This document shows positions 1 to 8,726 of a stretch of DNA of 19,521 nucleotides, piece after piece. Each line of letters begins with the position of its first letter. Positions within the stretch are counted from its first letter, which is position 1. Position numbers and translations under genes: made by a program. Under the pieces are notes generated by a model. That model had not been told where the DNA came from and made no database searches. It saw only the letters and a program-made list of their open reading frames with translations. Source of the DNA: Armatimonadota bacterium (GTDB lineage: Bacteria > Armatimonadota > UBA5829 > DTLH01); NCBI GenBank assembly GCA_038207085.1, contig JBBRAE010000045.1, forward strand, positions 1-19,521, written 5' to 3'.

Positions 1-1194
1 GTCTGGGGCCATCGCATTGGCAACACTCGGCGTGAGGCAACCGATGCCGATGACGTTGGGGAGGCCGAGGCTGCCCGCGCCACTGCTCGCGGTGATCCTG
101 TCAAAGCGGATCGTCGGCAACAACGTGGTCGCGTCGGTGGAGTACACCAACAGATAGTCACCCTGGGGGCTGCCGGCGATGTCGGGACGCAGGCCGAAGG
201 ACTGCAAGATGACCGACCCGTTGAAGATCCGCCGCACATTCTGTGGTGACGACTGCGTGGCGCCGATGCGGCGCACGACGATGTCCAGGCTGGCCTCGCG
301 CCAGGCCGCGCAGAACGTGCCGACGCTGGCGCGCGTGCCAGCCGCGGCGACTGCGGGCTGATCGGCGACGGTGCCACTGCTCTCGAAGTAGTCGGTATCG
401 AGCAGGGTGCCGGCACCGTCAAACCGGCGGACCTTGATGTCGGTGTCCAGGATGGAGACCCGTTCCTCCATCACTACGCACCAACGGTCCGAGCCGGCGT
501 CATAGGCGACATCGGGATTGCGGTTGTCGAAGGCTTCGTTGCTCGCCACGCCGATGGTTGTCACGAACGGATCGACGAGCAGCGGGTAGCGTGCGTCGGC
601 CGGCACGTCGATGCGGATCGCACCGTCGACGAATGTCGTTGGCAGGGGTCGCCGGTCCCCGTTTGCCTCGATCGCGAAGGCGTTGCCATAGACGACCTCG
701 CCCCAGCCCTCGGCCCGGAAGTGCAGACCCTGCGAATCGCCGCCAGTGAACGGCAACACCGTGCCCACTTCGATCACCAGCGCGTCGCCGACCGGCCGCC
801 GCTGCAGCACGAAGCTCTGTTCCGCTCCATCTGGCCGCAGGTCCCAGCGTTCCTCGATGCCGTCGCGGTGGAATACATAGCCGTCGCCTCGCCGTTCCGG
901 GGTCGCTGCCGCAGCGCCGGCCAGGTGGAACGTCAGCGGGTAGTGCTGTGGCGTGCGCGAGCTGAACAGCGGTACGAAGGCGGCACCGTCGGCGCCAAAA
1001 CTCATCTTGTAGCGGTCGCCGCGGCACCAGAGCCGGCCGTCGCGGGCTGGTTCGTCGTCGATCCAGACCCCGTGGAACGGTGCCGAGACCAGCACCTGGG
1101 CGGGTGGGGTCGGGCCAGCAGGGGCGGCGGAGGGACTCGGGTGCTGGGCCAGCAGGGCTGCGGATACCACCCGCATCAGGGCAAGGTGCAACAT
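1..1194 (-). CDS. Secreted hypothetical protein, 3'-partial (at least 398 aa; runs off the window edge)
   Basis: Absent from the ORF track because there is no stop in the window. Hand translation from ATG 1194 gives MLHLALMRVVSAALLAQHPSPSAAPAGPTPP...GIEERWDLRPDGAEQSFVLQ...YPLLVDPFVTTIGV...NPDVAYDAGSDRWCVVMEE..., open to position 1. It has a signal-peptide-like N-terminus, a Pro/Ala linker and a beta-rich body. Confidence 0.8.
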   Translation of the reverse strand, partial: MLHLALMRVVSAALLAQHPSPSAAPAGPTPPAQVLVSAPFHGVWIDDEPARDGRLWCRGDRYKMSFGADGAAFVPLFSSRTPQHYPLTFHLAGAAAATPERRGDGYVFHRDGIEERWDLRPDGAEQSFVLQRRPVGDALVIEVGTVLPFTGGDSQGLHFRAEGWGEVVYGNAFAIEANGDRRPLPTTFVDGAIRIDVPADARYPLLVDPFVTTIGVASNEAFDNRNPDVAYDAGSDRWCVVMEERVSILDTDIKVRRFDGAGTLLDTDYFESSGTVADQPAVAAAGTRASVGTFCAAWREASLDIVVRRIGATQSSPQNVRRIFNGSVILQSFGLRPDIAGSPQGDYLLVYSTDATTLLPTIRFDRITASSGAGSLGLPNVIGIGCLTPSVANAMAPD

Positions 1195-1262
1195 GGCTCG
1201 TCAGGAGCCCGCCGGAGCTGCCCGCCTTACGCGCCCAGCGAGGATTCGCAGATCCGGCCCGA

Positions 1263-2015
1263 TCAGGCGTGCGGCGAGTGGATGTGCAGGTCGGCGATCA
1301 ACGGCAGGTGGTCGGACGCCGTGCGAGCGGAACGCGAGCGCGGTCGAACCAGTTCGAGAACCTCCAGGTCGCCGCGGGCGTAGAGCGAGTCGAGCGCGCG
1401 GACCGGGGCCCAGGCCGGGAAGGTGCGGATGGGCCGAACTGGGCCGACGAAACCGGCAGGCACCAGGATGCGCTTCCCGAGCGTGCCCCACACATCGTTG
1501 AAGTCCCCGGCGACCACGGTGGGGGTGCGCGATTGGATCGCGTGTAGCGCGGGCGAGGCCAGCAGTCGCCGCAGTTGCTCGCGCCGTTCCGCTTCGCCGA
1601 GCCCCAGGTGCAGGTTGAACAGGTGCAGGGTGCGGGTGCCACCGCTGGCGGTTGGTAGACGCAGTTCCGCGTGCAGTACCGAGCGCGCCTTCCGGTTGGC
1701 GAGCGTCAGATCGATGTTCGTGCTGCTGGTGATCGGCACCCGGCTCAGGATCGCGTTGCCATACTCGCCGCGTCGCGGACCGAAACGCACGTTGACGAAG
1801 TAGCTGCGGTGCGGCATCGACAGGGCGTCGCCGAGCAGGTCGACCTGGCGTTCGTGACGGTACCAGCGGCCGTTCTGCGCGACCTCCTGCAGCAGCACGA
1901 CGTCGGCGTTGGCGGCGGCGAGCACTTCCACGGTGCGGATCGGGTCGTAGCGGCGGTCGAGCCCGCCGACGCACTTGTGCACGTTCCACGAGACCAGCCG
2001 GATCGTCAGTGGCAA
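1263..2015 (-). CDS. Endonuclease/exonuclease/phosphatase (EEP) family protein, YbhP-like
   Basis: Motifs SWNVHK, LLQEV, YGNAILSR, NLHLG, AGDFND and SDHLP. The likely start is TTG at 2015 with GAGGAG about 7 nt upstream, overlapping the stop of the preceding gene. The track start at 2249 is probably over-extended. Confidence 0.92.
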   Translation of the reverse strand: MPLTIRLVSWNVHKCVGGLDRRYDPIRTVEVLAAANADVVLLQEVAQNGRWYRHERQVDLLGDALSMPHRSYFVNVRFGPRRGEYGNAILSRVPITSSTNIDLTLANRKARSVLHAELRLPTASGGTRTLHLFNLHLGLGEAERREQLRRLLASPALHAIQSRTPTVVAGDFNDVWGTLGKRILVPAGFVGPVRPIRTFPAWAPVRALDSLYARGDLEVLELVRPRSRSARTASDHLPLIADLHIHSPHA

Positions 2016-2647
2016 CAGCTGTCTCCTCGCATGCTCATGATGCCGCGCCAGACGAGTATTCCAGCGGCGAGCAGCATCGCGCCGCGTTGGAACCAGAGCA
2101 AGGTGCGGTGCCCAAACCGTTGCGCTAGACGGCCCGCCTGGCTCTGCGCCAGGAACAGCAGCGGCAGTGAGCCGAGCGCGAAACCAACCATCACTCCGCC
2201 ACCGGCCAGCGCCGAACCGGCGACGGCGGCGCCTGCGCAAGCCGACCACAGCAAGCCACAGGGCAGCAGCGGCGTGGCGAGTCCCATCATGCCGGCGCGA
2301 GCCGTCGGCGACAGCGAACGGCTGCGGGCCATCACCGATTGCAGGAGCCGGCCGAGCCCAGGGATCTTGATCGCGCCGCGTTCACCGACCAGGGCGAGAA
2401 ACACGAGGCCGGCAGCGAGCACGAATGCGACCCAAGCGGTGGGGGCCCCGAGCTGGCTGGCACCGAGTGCGGACCCTAGCCCCCCGAGTCCTACGCCTAT
2501 CGACCCATACGCACTTGCGCGGCCCACGTGGTACGAGACTGCCCCTCCACTTCCACCGTGGAACGCGAGGGCGAGCGGTCCGCACATGCACGCGCAGTGC
2601 AGTGAGTTCGCGGCGCCAAAAACGAAACTCTCGAACCAAGGTGTCAT
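2006..2647 (-). CDS. TauE/SafE / DsbD_2 (UreH-like) membrane protein of the kind found in cbb3 oxidase maturation clusters
   Basis: SLHCACMCGP, YHVGRASAY and LLPCGLLW motifs, several hydrophobic helices and a C-terminal SCCH. Start placed at ATG 2647 (MTPWFESF). Confidence 0.88.
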   Translation of the reverse strand: MTPWFESFVFGAANSLHCACMCGPLALAFHGGSGGAVSYHVGRASAYGSIGVGLGGLGSALGASQLGAPTAWVAFVLAAGLVFLALVGERGAIKIPGLGRLLQSVMARSRSLSPTARAGMMGLATPLLPCGLLWSACAGAAVAGSALAGGGVMVGFALGSLPLLFLAQSQAGRLAQRFGHRTLLWFQRGAMLLAAGILVWRGIMSMRGDSCCH

Positions 2648-2743
2648 TGCTGTGCCATGAGGCTCCGACCGGCAGTCTCGGTGACGGAACGGTCGTCGCG
2701 CATCCGGATTTCCCCGGATCTTGCGGCGTCGGGAGCGACTGAG

Positions 2744-4084
2744 GTGGACGCCTGTAAGCACTGTGGCCTAGCGGTGCCAGCCGAACGGCGTAGTTCTTCG
2801 TATTGCTGTGCGGGATGTGAGGCGGTGCACCAGTTGCTCGCGGCCGAAGGCCTGCTGCGCTTCTACGACCTTGGCGGCCGCGCTACCGGGTCGATCGGCA
2901 CCGTGCCCAGGTTGCCGTCGTTCGAGTGGCTGCCAGAACTGGAGGCCGCCAAGGGCGGTGAAGGCCCGACGATTCGCCTCACTGTCGATGTGCAGGGGCT
3001 GCGATGCGCTGCCTGCGTCTGGCTGCTGCAGACGGTTTGGAAGCGACAGCGCGGTGCCCGCGACCTCCGTGTCGATCCGTCGCTTGGCCGGGCCACGCTG
3101 ATCTACGACCGGGGCACCGGCGCGGCCGCGGCGTTCTTGGTGGCGGCGGCCCGGTTTGGCTATCCGATGGCGCCGGCCAGCCGCAAGGTCACTCGCGACA
3201 CCGGGCTGCTGATAAGACTCGGCGTTTGCGTGGCTCTCGCGATGAACGCGATGATCCTCGCCGTCAGCCTCTACTTCGGGCTCGACGAAGCCGTCGCGGA
3301 CAGTTCGTTGCGCGACCTGTTCGGTTGGGTGCTGCTCGGGATCGGCACCACCAGTGTGCTCGTCGGTGGTCCGGTGTTCTTCCGTACCGCACTCGCCGGC
3401 ATGCGCGCGGGGGTCGTGCACATGGACTTGCCGATCTCGCTCGGCCTGCTGCTCGCCTGGGGTGGTTCGGTCCATGGCCAATTGACCGGCGCGGCGACCT
3501 ACTTCGATACGGTCGCCATCTTCATTGCCTTCATGCTCGGCGGGCGCTTCCTCCAGCAGCGCACGCTGGCCCGCAGCCGCGATCAGGTGTTGGCCGACGA
3601 CGGTGCGGAGCACCTGCGAGCGCGTCGGATCGTCGATGGCCGCATCGAGTCGACGCCGGTGCAGAAGCTCTTGGTTGGCGATCAACTGCTGCTCGCCCCT
3701 GGTGACCTGGTGCCGGTGCGCATCGTGCTGCTGCATACGAGCGGCAGTTTCTCGCTCGACTGGATCTCGGGCGAGAGCGAGCCCCGGAGCTTCGTGGCCG
3801 GTGCCGAGGTTCCGGCGGGTGCGTTCCAGAGTGGCCGGCAGGCGATCCGCGCCACGGTTGCGGCTGACTACCTCGGGTCTGGCCTGGCCGAACTGCTCGG
3901 TCAGGAACCGATCGACCGCGAAGACACCCGCGGCCGGGTTCGCTTCTGGCACCTGTTGAACCGCAGCTATGCGCTTGGCCAAGCCCGGCGACCACGCGAG
4001 CCTCCTCTACAAGCGCGTCGACTGAGAAATGGTACACCCCAGGCATCGACTGGATCTCAATCTTCACATCGAGCCCGTGGGTGA
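2744..4084 (+). CDS. ccoI: CcoI/FixI-type heavy-metal (Cu) P1B-type ATPase, truncated; homology ends about 3979 and the last 34 codons are read-through into antisense hemB
   Basis: N-terminal CxHCG...YCCAGC metal-binding domain, HMA motif GLRCAACVWL, transmembrane helices with HMDLPISLG and YFDT..., and actuator domain PGDLVP...SGES. No CPC, DKTGT or GDGxND motif. Probable GTG start at 2744 after GGGAG. Confidence 0.85.
   Translation: MDACKHCGLAVPAERRSSSYCCAGCEAVHQLLAAEGLLRFYDLGGRATGSIGTVPRLPSFEWLPELEAAKGGEGPTIRLTVDVQGLRCAACVWLLQTVWKRQRGARDLRVDPSLGRATLIYDRGTGAAAAFLVAAARFGYPMAPASRKVTRDTGLLIRLGVCVALAMNAMILAVSLYFGLDEAVADSSLRDLFGWVLLGIGTTSVLVGGPVFFRTALAGMRAGVVHMDLPISLGLLLAWGGSVHGQLTGAATYFDTVAIFIAFMLGGRFLQQRTLARSRDQVLADDGAEHLRARRIVDGRIESTPVQKLLVGDQLLLAPGDLVPVRIVLLHTSGSFSLDWISGESEPRSFVAGAEVPAGAFQSGRQAIRATVAADYLGSGLAELLGQEPIDREDTRGRVRFWHLLNRSYALGQARRPREPPLQARRLRNGTPQASTGSQSSHRARG
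3973..3984. other. Breakpoint or chimeric junction: perfect palindrome GCTTGG|CCAAGC
   Basis: Both ccoI (+) and hemB (-) lose homology at Leu-Gly codons inside this 12-mer. Hand-counted GC is 88/120 at 3781-3900 and 71/120 at 4021-4140. Confidence 0.85.
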
Positions 4085-4193
4085 CGAACATGGGGTAGAC
4101 GAGGCTGTCGGCCGTAACCCGAGTCTCCCGCACCATCCGGCGGATGTTCTCGGTCCGTCTAAGTCTGCGTCCTCTTGTCACTGGAAAGCTCAT
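3978..4193 (-). pseudogene. hemB: Porphobilinogen synthase, 5' fragment only (72 aa)
   Basis: MSFPVTRGRRLRRTENIRRMVRETRV...LVYPMFV...IQSMPGVYHFSVD..VEEAR...LG is a typical HemB N-terminus with a GAGGGG RBS. The sequence after LG72 is unrelated. Confidence 0.92.
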
Positions 4194-4205
4194 TGTTTGT
4201 CCCCT

Positions 4206-5393
4206 CTACTTCGCGATTTCCTCGTCGGTGAGATAGCACGCGGGGTCTTCGGCCCAGGTGTCGTCGTGGACGGCGATTGCGCGGGAGCGGAAGTTGCCGT
4301 TGCAGACATTGACCCACTTGCAGTTGGTCTGTGCGCAGCGCCCCTTTAGGAGCGACTTGCGGTCTTTCAGCCCTGCCATGATCGGGTCGCTTGTGTCGGT
4401 CCATATCTCGCTGAACTTGCGGTCGCGGACGTTTCCGAAGGTGTGATCCTGCCAGAACTGGTCGGGGTGGACGTTGCCGCAGTTGTCGATGTCGCCGAAG
4501 CCGACGCCTGAGCTGTTGCCGCCGTTCCACTGGAGAAGCTGCATCACCTCTTCGGCGCGCGGGTTCTTCTCGCGGAGCATCCTCATATAGAGGTACGGCC
4601 CGTCACAGTGGTTGTCGACGGTCAAAATGTCTTTTTCGAGGCCCCGGCGGTGGAAGTCGGCGGTGCGATCGATGATGAGATCAAGCGCTTTGCGTGACTC
4701 CTCGTGGGTGAGGTCGTCCTTGGTCATATCGCTTCCCCGGCCGGTGTAGACTAAGTGATAGAAGCAGGCGCGGGGGATGCGTTCCTCTTCGATGAAGTCG
4801 AAGATCGCGTCCAGGTCCTGATAGTTGCGCTTGGTCATCGTGAGGCGCAGGCCCACCTTCTGACCGACGTTTACGCACGCCTCGAATCCGCGCATCGCGG
4901 CGTTGAACGCGCCTTTGACGCCACGAAACTGATCGTTTACGTCGCCGATGCCGTCGAGCGAGATCCCGACGTAGCCGAAGCCGGTTTCTTTGATCTTTTT
5001 GGCGATCTTGTCGGTGATAAGCGTGCCGTTGGTGCTTATGACAGGGCGGATGCCGCAGCGCACGGCGTATTCGGCGAGGTCAAAGAGGTCATCATGCATA
5101 ATCGGCTCGCCGCCGGAGAACAAGAGCACCGGCGCACCGAACTCACCGAGGTCGCGGATCACTTCCATCGCTTCCTTGGTGGAAAGCTCGCCCTCATAGG
5201 CTTTGTTGTCGGAGTCGGCGTAGCAGTGGACGCACTTCAAGTTGCAGCGTCGGCTCATGTTCCAGACGACGACGGGTTTCTTGTCGCGTGAGTACTGGAG
5301 CAGGTGTGCGGGCATCCCCTCGCTCTCCCTGCCGTAGCGGAGAACGTCCCCAGTGGTTGCGGTGCCGCAGTATAGTTTGGTTATTCCGATCAT
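4206..5393 (-). CDS. ahbC: Radical SAM/SPASM 12,18-didecarboxysiroheme deacetylase (Fe-coproporphyrin synthase, NirJ1-type)
   Basis: Characteristic N-terminus MIGITKLYCG...LRYGR...HLLQYSRDKKPVVVWN, CxxxCxxC motif (CNLKCVHC), SGGEP, and SPASM-like C-terminal cysteines ending EDPACYL. It sits between cobA/hemD and hemB, as in siroheme-dependent heme operons. Confidence 0.92.
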   Translation of the reverse strand: MIGITKLYCGTATTGDVLRYGRESEGMPAHLLQYSRDKKPVVVWNMSRRCNLKCVHCYADSDNKAYEGELSTKEAMEVIRDLGEFGAPVLLFSGGEPIMHDDLFDLAEYAVRCGIRPVISTNGTLITDKIAKKIKETGFGYVGISLDGIGDVNDQFRGVKGAFNAAMRGFEACVNVGQKVGLRLTMTKRNYQDLDAIFDFIEEERIPRACFYHLVYTGRGSDMTKDDLTHEESRKALDLIIDRTADFHRRGLEKDILTVDNHCDGPYLYMRMLREKNPRAEEVMQLLQWNGGNSSGVGFGDIDNCGNVHPDQFWQDHTFGNVRDRKFSEIWTDTSDPIMAGLKDRKSLLKGRCAQTNCKWVNVCNGNFRSRAIAVHDDTWAEDPACYLTDEEIAK

Positions 5394-5400
5394 AGCAGCT

Positions 5401-5472
5401 TGGGGGATAGGGGTTAGGGGTTGGGGGTTGGTTTATACACCCCCTGGCCCTGGCCCGTAGCCCCTGACCTCT
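5401..5472. repeat. Convergent G-rich and C-rich heptamer-like tandem arrays (STRR-like) with G-quadruplex motifs on both strands
   Basis: Plus strand 5402-5427 reads GGGGGATAGGGGTTAGGGGTTGGGGG. Minus strand 5464-5440 reads GGGGCTACGGGCCAGGGCCAGGGGG. Confidence 0.8.
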
Positions 5473-5480
5473 TTCTTGAA

Positions 5481-6986
5481 CTAACTTGTTTGGTGGGCAA
5501 GAAGCGCCTCTACCAACCCGTCGATTGTGTATTCTTCGGCGACCACGTCGGCCTCCAGCCCGTGCTCGTAGGCGGTTTCGGCGGTTATGGGGCCTATGCA
5601 GGCGATTGTGACCGACTCTGGGACCGGCGTGTCGGCGATCAGGCCCATAAAGTTCTTTACGGTCGACGAACTGGTGAAGGTGATTACGTCGACTTCGCCG
5701 CGCTCGAGCATATTTCGAACAGACTCTGCGTCGGTATCCTCTACTATTGTCTCATAAACGACGGACATTTGCACATCCGCACCAAGTTCCTTAAGCTTCT
5801 CCGGGAGCACCTCGCGGGCCTCCCTGGCGCGGGCGATCAGGATCTTCTGGCCTGCGGGGTCCTCGGGAAAGTCGCGGACGACTGCTTCGGCGACGAACTC
5901 GCTTGGAACATAGTCGGCTCTTAGACCATATTTTCCAAGAGTGGCGGCGGTCGCTGGGCCGATGGCGGCGAGCTTGGCTGCACCGATCGAGCGAACGTCT
6001 AGCCCCATCTTGAAGAGACCGCTAAAGAAGCAATCGACTCCGTTTGCGCTGGTGAAGACGATCCAGTCAAAGACGCCCTTGGCGAGGTCCGAAATCTTGA
6101 TCCCGAAGTCCGAAACGGGGACGATCTTGATCACGGGGAACTCGATCACTTCAGCGCCGAGCGACTCAAGCTTGTCCGAAAGCGCACTCGCCTGCTCGCG
6201 GCTGCGGGTCACTATAACTCTTTTACCAAATAGTGGCCGGTTGTCAAACCACCTCAGCCGTTCTCGGAGAGAAACAACTTCGCCGACGATGGTCACCGCA
6301 GGTGACTTGAAGCCAGCTTCACGCACCTTTTCGACAATGTCGCCAAGCGTCCCGACAAGCGTCTCCTGCTCGGCACGCGTGCCCCAGCGGATGAGCGCTA
6401 CAGGGGTTTCGGGCGAGCGGCCGTTTTCGGTTAGGCCTTTGACGATGTTTGGCAGGTTCTCGACACCCATCAAAAAGACGAGCGTGTCGATGCCGGTCGC
6501 GATCTTGTCCCACTTGATCGAGGACTCGGTCTTGGTAGGGTCCTCGTGACCGGTGATGATGCCAAGCGCGGAGCAGAGCTTTCTGTGGGTAACTGGGATG
6601 CCGGCGTAGGCGGGAACGGCAATCGCGGAGGTGATACCGGGGATCTCCTCAAACTCGATCCCCTCCCCCACAAGCTCCTCGGCTTCTTCGCCGCCCCTGC
6701 CGAAGACGTAGGGGTCGCCCCCCTTCAGGCGCGCGACGGTCTTGCCCTCTTTGGCCTTATCGACGAGCAGGCGGTTGATATCCTCCTGTTTCATCGTGTG
6801 CTGGCTTGAGGCCTTGCCGACGTAGATCATCTCAGCGTCAAAGCGCGCGTGCTTGAGTATAGACGGGTGAACGAGCCGGTCGTAGACAACAACATCGGCC
6901 CGGGCAAGCGCCTCGGCGCCACGAATCGTAATAAGCTTCGGGTCGCCTGGTCCGGCGCCGATCAAGTATACTTTGCCAGTTGTCAT
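5481..6986 (-). CDS. cobA: Fused uroporphyrinogen-III C-methyltransferase / uroporphyrinogen-III synthase (CobA/HemD)
   Basis: GAGPGDPKLIT, RLKGGDPYVFGRGGEE and PGITSA in the SUMT domain. PLFGKRVIVTR, FTSANGV, FTSSSTV and CIGPITA in the HemD domain. Confidence 0.96.
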   Translation of the reverse strand: MTTGKVYLIGAGPGDPKLITIRGAEALARADVVVYDRLVHPSILKHARFDAEMIYVGKASSQHTMKQEDINRLLVDKAKEGKTVARLKGGDPYVFGRGGEEAEELVGEGIEFEEIPGITSAIAVPAYAGIPVTHRKLCSALGIITGHEDPTKTESSIKWDKIATGIDTLVFLMGVENLPNIVKGLTENGRSPETPVALIRWGTRAEQETLVGTLGDIVEKVREAGFKSPAVTIVGEVVSLRERLRWFDNRPLFGKRVIVTRSREQASALSDKLESLGAEVIEFPVIKIVPVSDFGIKISDLAKGVFDWIVFTSANGVDCFFSGLFKMGLDVRSIGAAKLAAIGPATAATLGKYGLRADYVPSEFVAEAVVRDFPEDPAGQKILIARAREAREVLPEKLKELGADVQMSVVYETIVEDTDAESVRNMLERGEVDVITFTSSSTVKNFMGLIADTPVPESVTIACIGPITAETAYEHGLEADVVAEEYTIDGLVEALLAHQTS

Positions 6987-7075
6987 AGATTACCTACTAG
7001 TGCACACTTAACCTGATTTTTGTTTATTGCCCAAGCACTAATGCCGCGTGCAGAGGCTTCGATGGAACGTTCACC

Positions 7076-7103
7076 AAAGCTAATGGCTAACTGCTAAAAG
7101 CTT
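7076..7103. repeat. Heptamer tandem array (AAAGCTA ATGGCTA ACTGCTA AAAGCTT), the reverse-complement form of the TTAGCTN family
   Basis: Four degenerate 7-mers directly after the nadB stop codon. Confidence 0.6.
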
Positions 7104-7105
7104 CC

Positions 7106-8710
7106 CTACAGCACCGGTATATACAACTCCGCGACCATATCGCGGTCTAGCACGGTGTCGATCTTGCAGAGCTTGTCGTCGACGTCGGGATGGTCGAGGT
7201 TGTAGTTCAGGCCGCGGCTTTCCTTGCGTGCGAGCGCGGACAGGACGATTAGCTCGGAGGTCTGCGCCAGGTTGCGGAGCTCAAGGAGATCGGGAGTGAG
7301 CCTGCAGGCGGCGCACATCTGCTCGGCGGTCATCAGGATCGCACGAACGTGAGTCAGCGCCTTGAAAAGCCGCTCATCGGTGCGAACGATGCCCACATAC
7401 CTCCACATCACGGTCTGCAGCTTGACGGTCAGTTCTTCGATAACCTCCTGTGAAGGCTCTTCGCTATACTCGGACTCGGGGTACTCGTCGACGACGGAGG
7501 TCTTGATGCCGTCTATCACCTTGCCCGTGTCCTCGGAAGCGCGGTGGGCGAAGACGACAGCCTCAAGAAGCGAGTTGGAGGCAAGGCGGTTTGCTCCGTG
7601 GACGCCGGTGCAGGCGACCTCACCGCAGGCGTAGAGGCGGTCCAGGGTCGTGCGGCCATCTACATCGGTTAGGACGCCGCCGCAGGAGTAGTGCGCGGCG
7701 GGGACGATCGGAATCCAGTCACGGGTGATGTCGATGCCGACTGACAGGCACTTTTCATAAATATTTGGGAATCTCGTCTTAATTTTTTCGGAGTCTAGAT
7801 GGGTCACGTCCAGGTAGACGCACTCGTCGCCGCTTTTCTTTAGCTCCGCATCGATTGTACGGGCTACTATGTCACGCGGGGCAAGGCAGCCCATCTCGTG
7901 GTAGTTCTCCATAAAGGTGCTGCCGTCGCCGAGGCGCAGTATCCCGCCCTCGCCTCGCACAGCTTCGCTAATCAGGAAACTGCGGGCGTCGGGGTGGAAA
8001 AGCGATGTCGGATGAAACTGGATGAACTCCATGTTCGCGATCTTGGCCCCGGCGCGGTAGGCCATCGCGACGCCGTCGCCGGTCGCGATGTCAGGGTTGG
8101 TCGTATGCAGATATACGCGCCCCGCGCCGCCGGTCGCAAGCATCACGACCTTGGCAAAGATCGTCATGACCTCCCTGGTGTCGGGGTCCAGGACGTACGC
8201 GCCGTAACAGGTCTTGCCGTCGGTGATAAGATCGATGCCGATGTGGTGCTCAAAGACACGGATGTCCGGGTTGCGCTTGACGTTTGAGACGAGCGCGCGC
8301 TCGATCTCGCGGCCTGTGAGGTCTGCGGAGTGAAGAATCCTGCGCTTGGTGTGGCCACCCTCTCGACCGAGGGCAAGGCTCATCTTGCCGTCCTCGTCGA
8401 GCTCCATCGAGAACCGCACGCCGAAGTCTATCAGTTCGCGCACCCGCTTGGGGCCTTCACTAACGAGAATATCGACCGAGTCACTGTGGCAAAGCCAGGC
8501 TCCGGCGACGTGGGTGTCGCGGATGTGGGACTCGAACGTATCCTCATCGGAGGTCACACTTGCGATCCCTCCCTGGGCGTAGTTCGTGTTGGATTCCGTG
8601 TCGCTCTTCTTGGTGACAAGAGCCACGCGACCATGTTCGCTCGCTTTAAGGGCAAACGACAATCCCGCAATCCCACTTCCAATCACCAAGACATCTACAT
8701 CGATCTTCAT
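7106..8710 (-). CDS. nadB: L-aspartate oxidase
   Basis: GSGIAG FAD motif, SNTNYAQGGIA, REGGH, ATGGAG, NMEFIQFHPT, LISEAVRGEG, PAAHY.CGGV, GVHGANRLASNSLLE and RKESRG. GGAG RBS. Confidence 0.96.
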   Translation of the reverse strand: MKIDVDVLVIGSGIAGLSFALKASEHGRVALVTKKSDTESNTNYAQGGIASVTSDEDTFESHIRDTHVAGAWLCHSDSVDILVSEGPKRVRELIDFGVRFSMELDEDGKMSLALGREGGHTKRRILHSADLTGREIERALVSNVKRNPDIRVFEHHIGIDLITDGKTCYGAYVLDPDTREVMTIFAKVVMLATGGAGRVYLHTTNPDIATGDGVAMAYRAGAKIANMEFIQFHPTSLFHPDARSFLISEAVRGEGGILRLGDGSTFMENYHEMGCLAPRDIVARTIDAELKKSGDECVYLDVTHLDSEKIKTRFPNIYEKCLSVGIDITRDWIPIVPAAHYSCGGVLTDVDGRTTLDRLYACGEVACTGVHGANRLASNSLLEAVVFAHRASEDTGKVIDGIKTSVVDEYPESEYSEEPSQEVIEELTVKLQTVMWRYVGIVRTDERLFKALTHVRAILMTAEQMCAACRLTPDLLELRNLAQTSELIVLSALARKESRGLNYNLDHPDVDDKLCKIDTVLDRDMVAELYIPVL

Positions 8711-8726
8711 TGTTACTCCAGCGTGT

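Noticed and set aside
3531..4193. 220-aa HemB fusion, and a 475-aa ATPase with a novel C-terminus
   Set aside because: The tails are read-through into the antisense strand of the opposite gene after the junction.
6987..7075. Promoter or regulator box (Rex, Fur, FNR) upstream of cobA/hemD
   Set aside because: The region is AT-rich but shows only weak -35/-10 matches and no convincing dyad.
7106..8710. Succinate dehydrogenase or fumarate reductase flavoprotein instead of NadB
   Set aside because: It lacks the covalent-FAD His segment (it has SNTNYAQGG), carries the NadB-type PAAHY and LASNSLLE motifs, and has no iron-sulfur subunit gene beside it.
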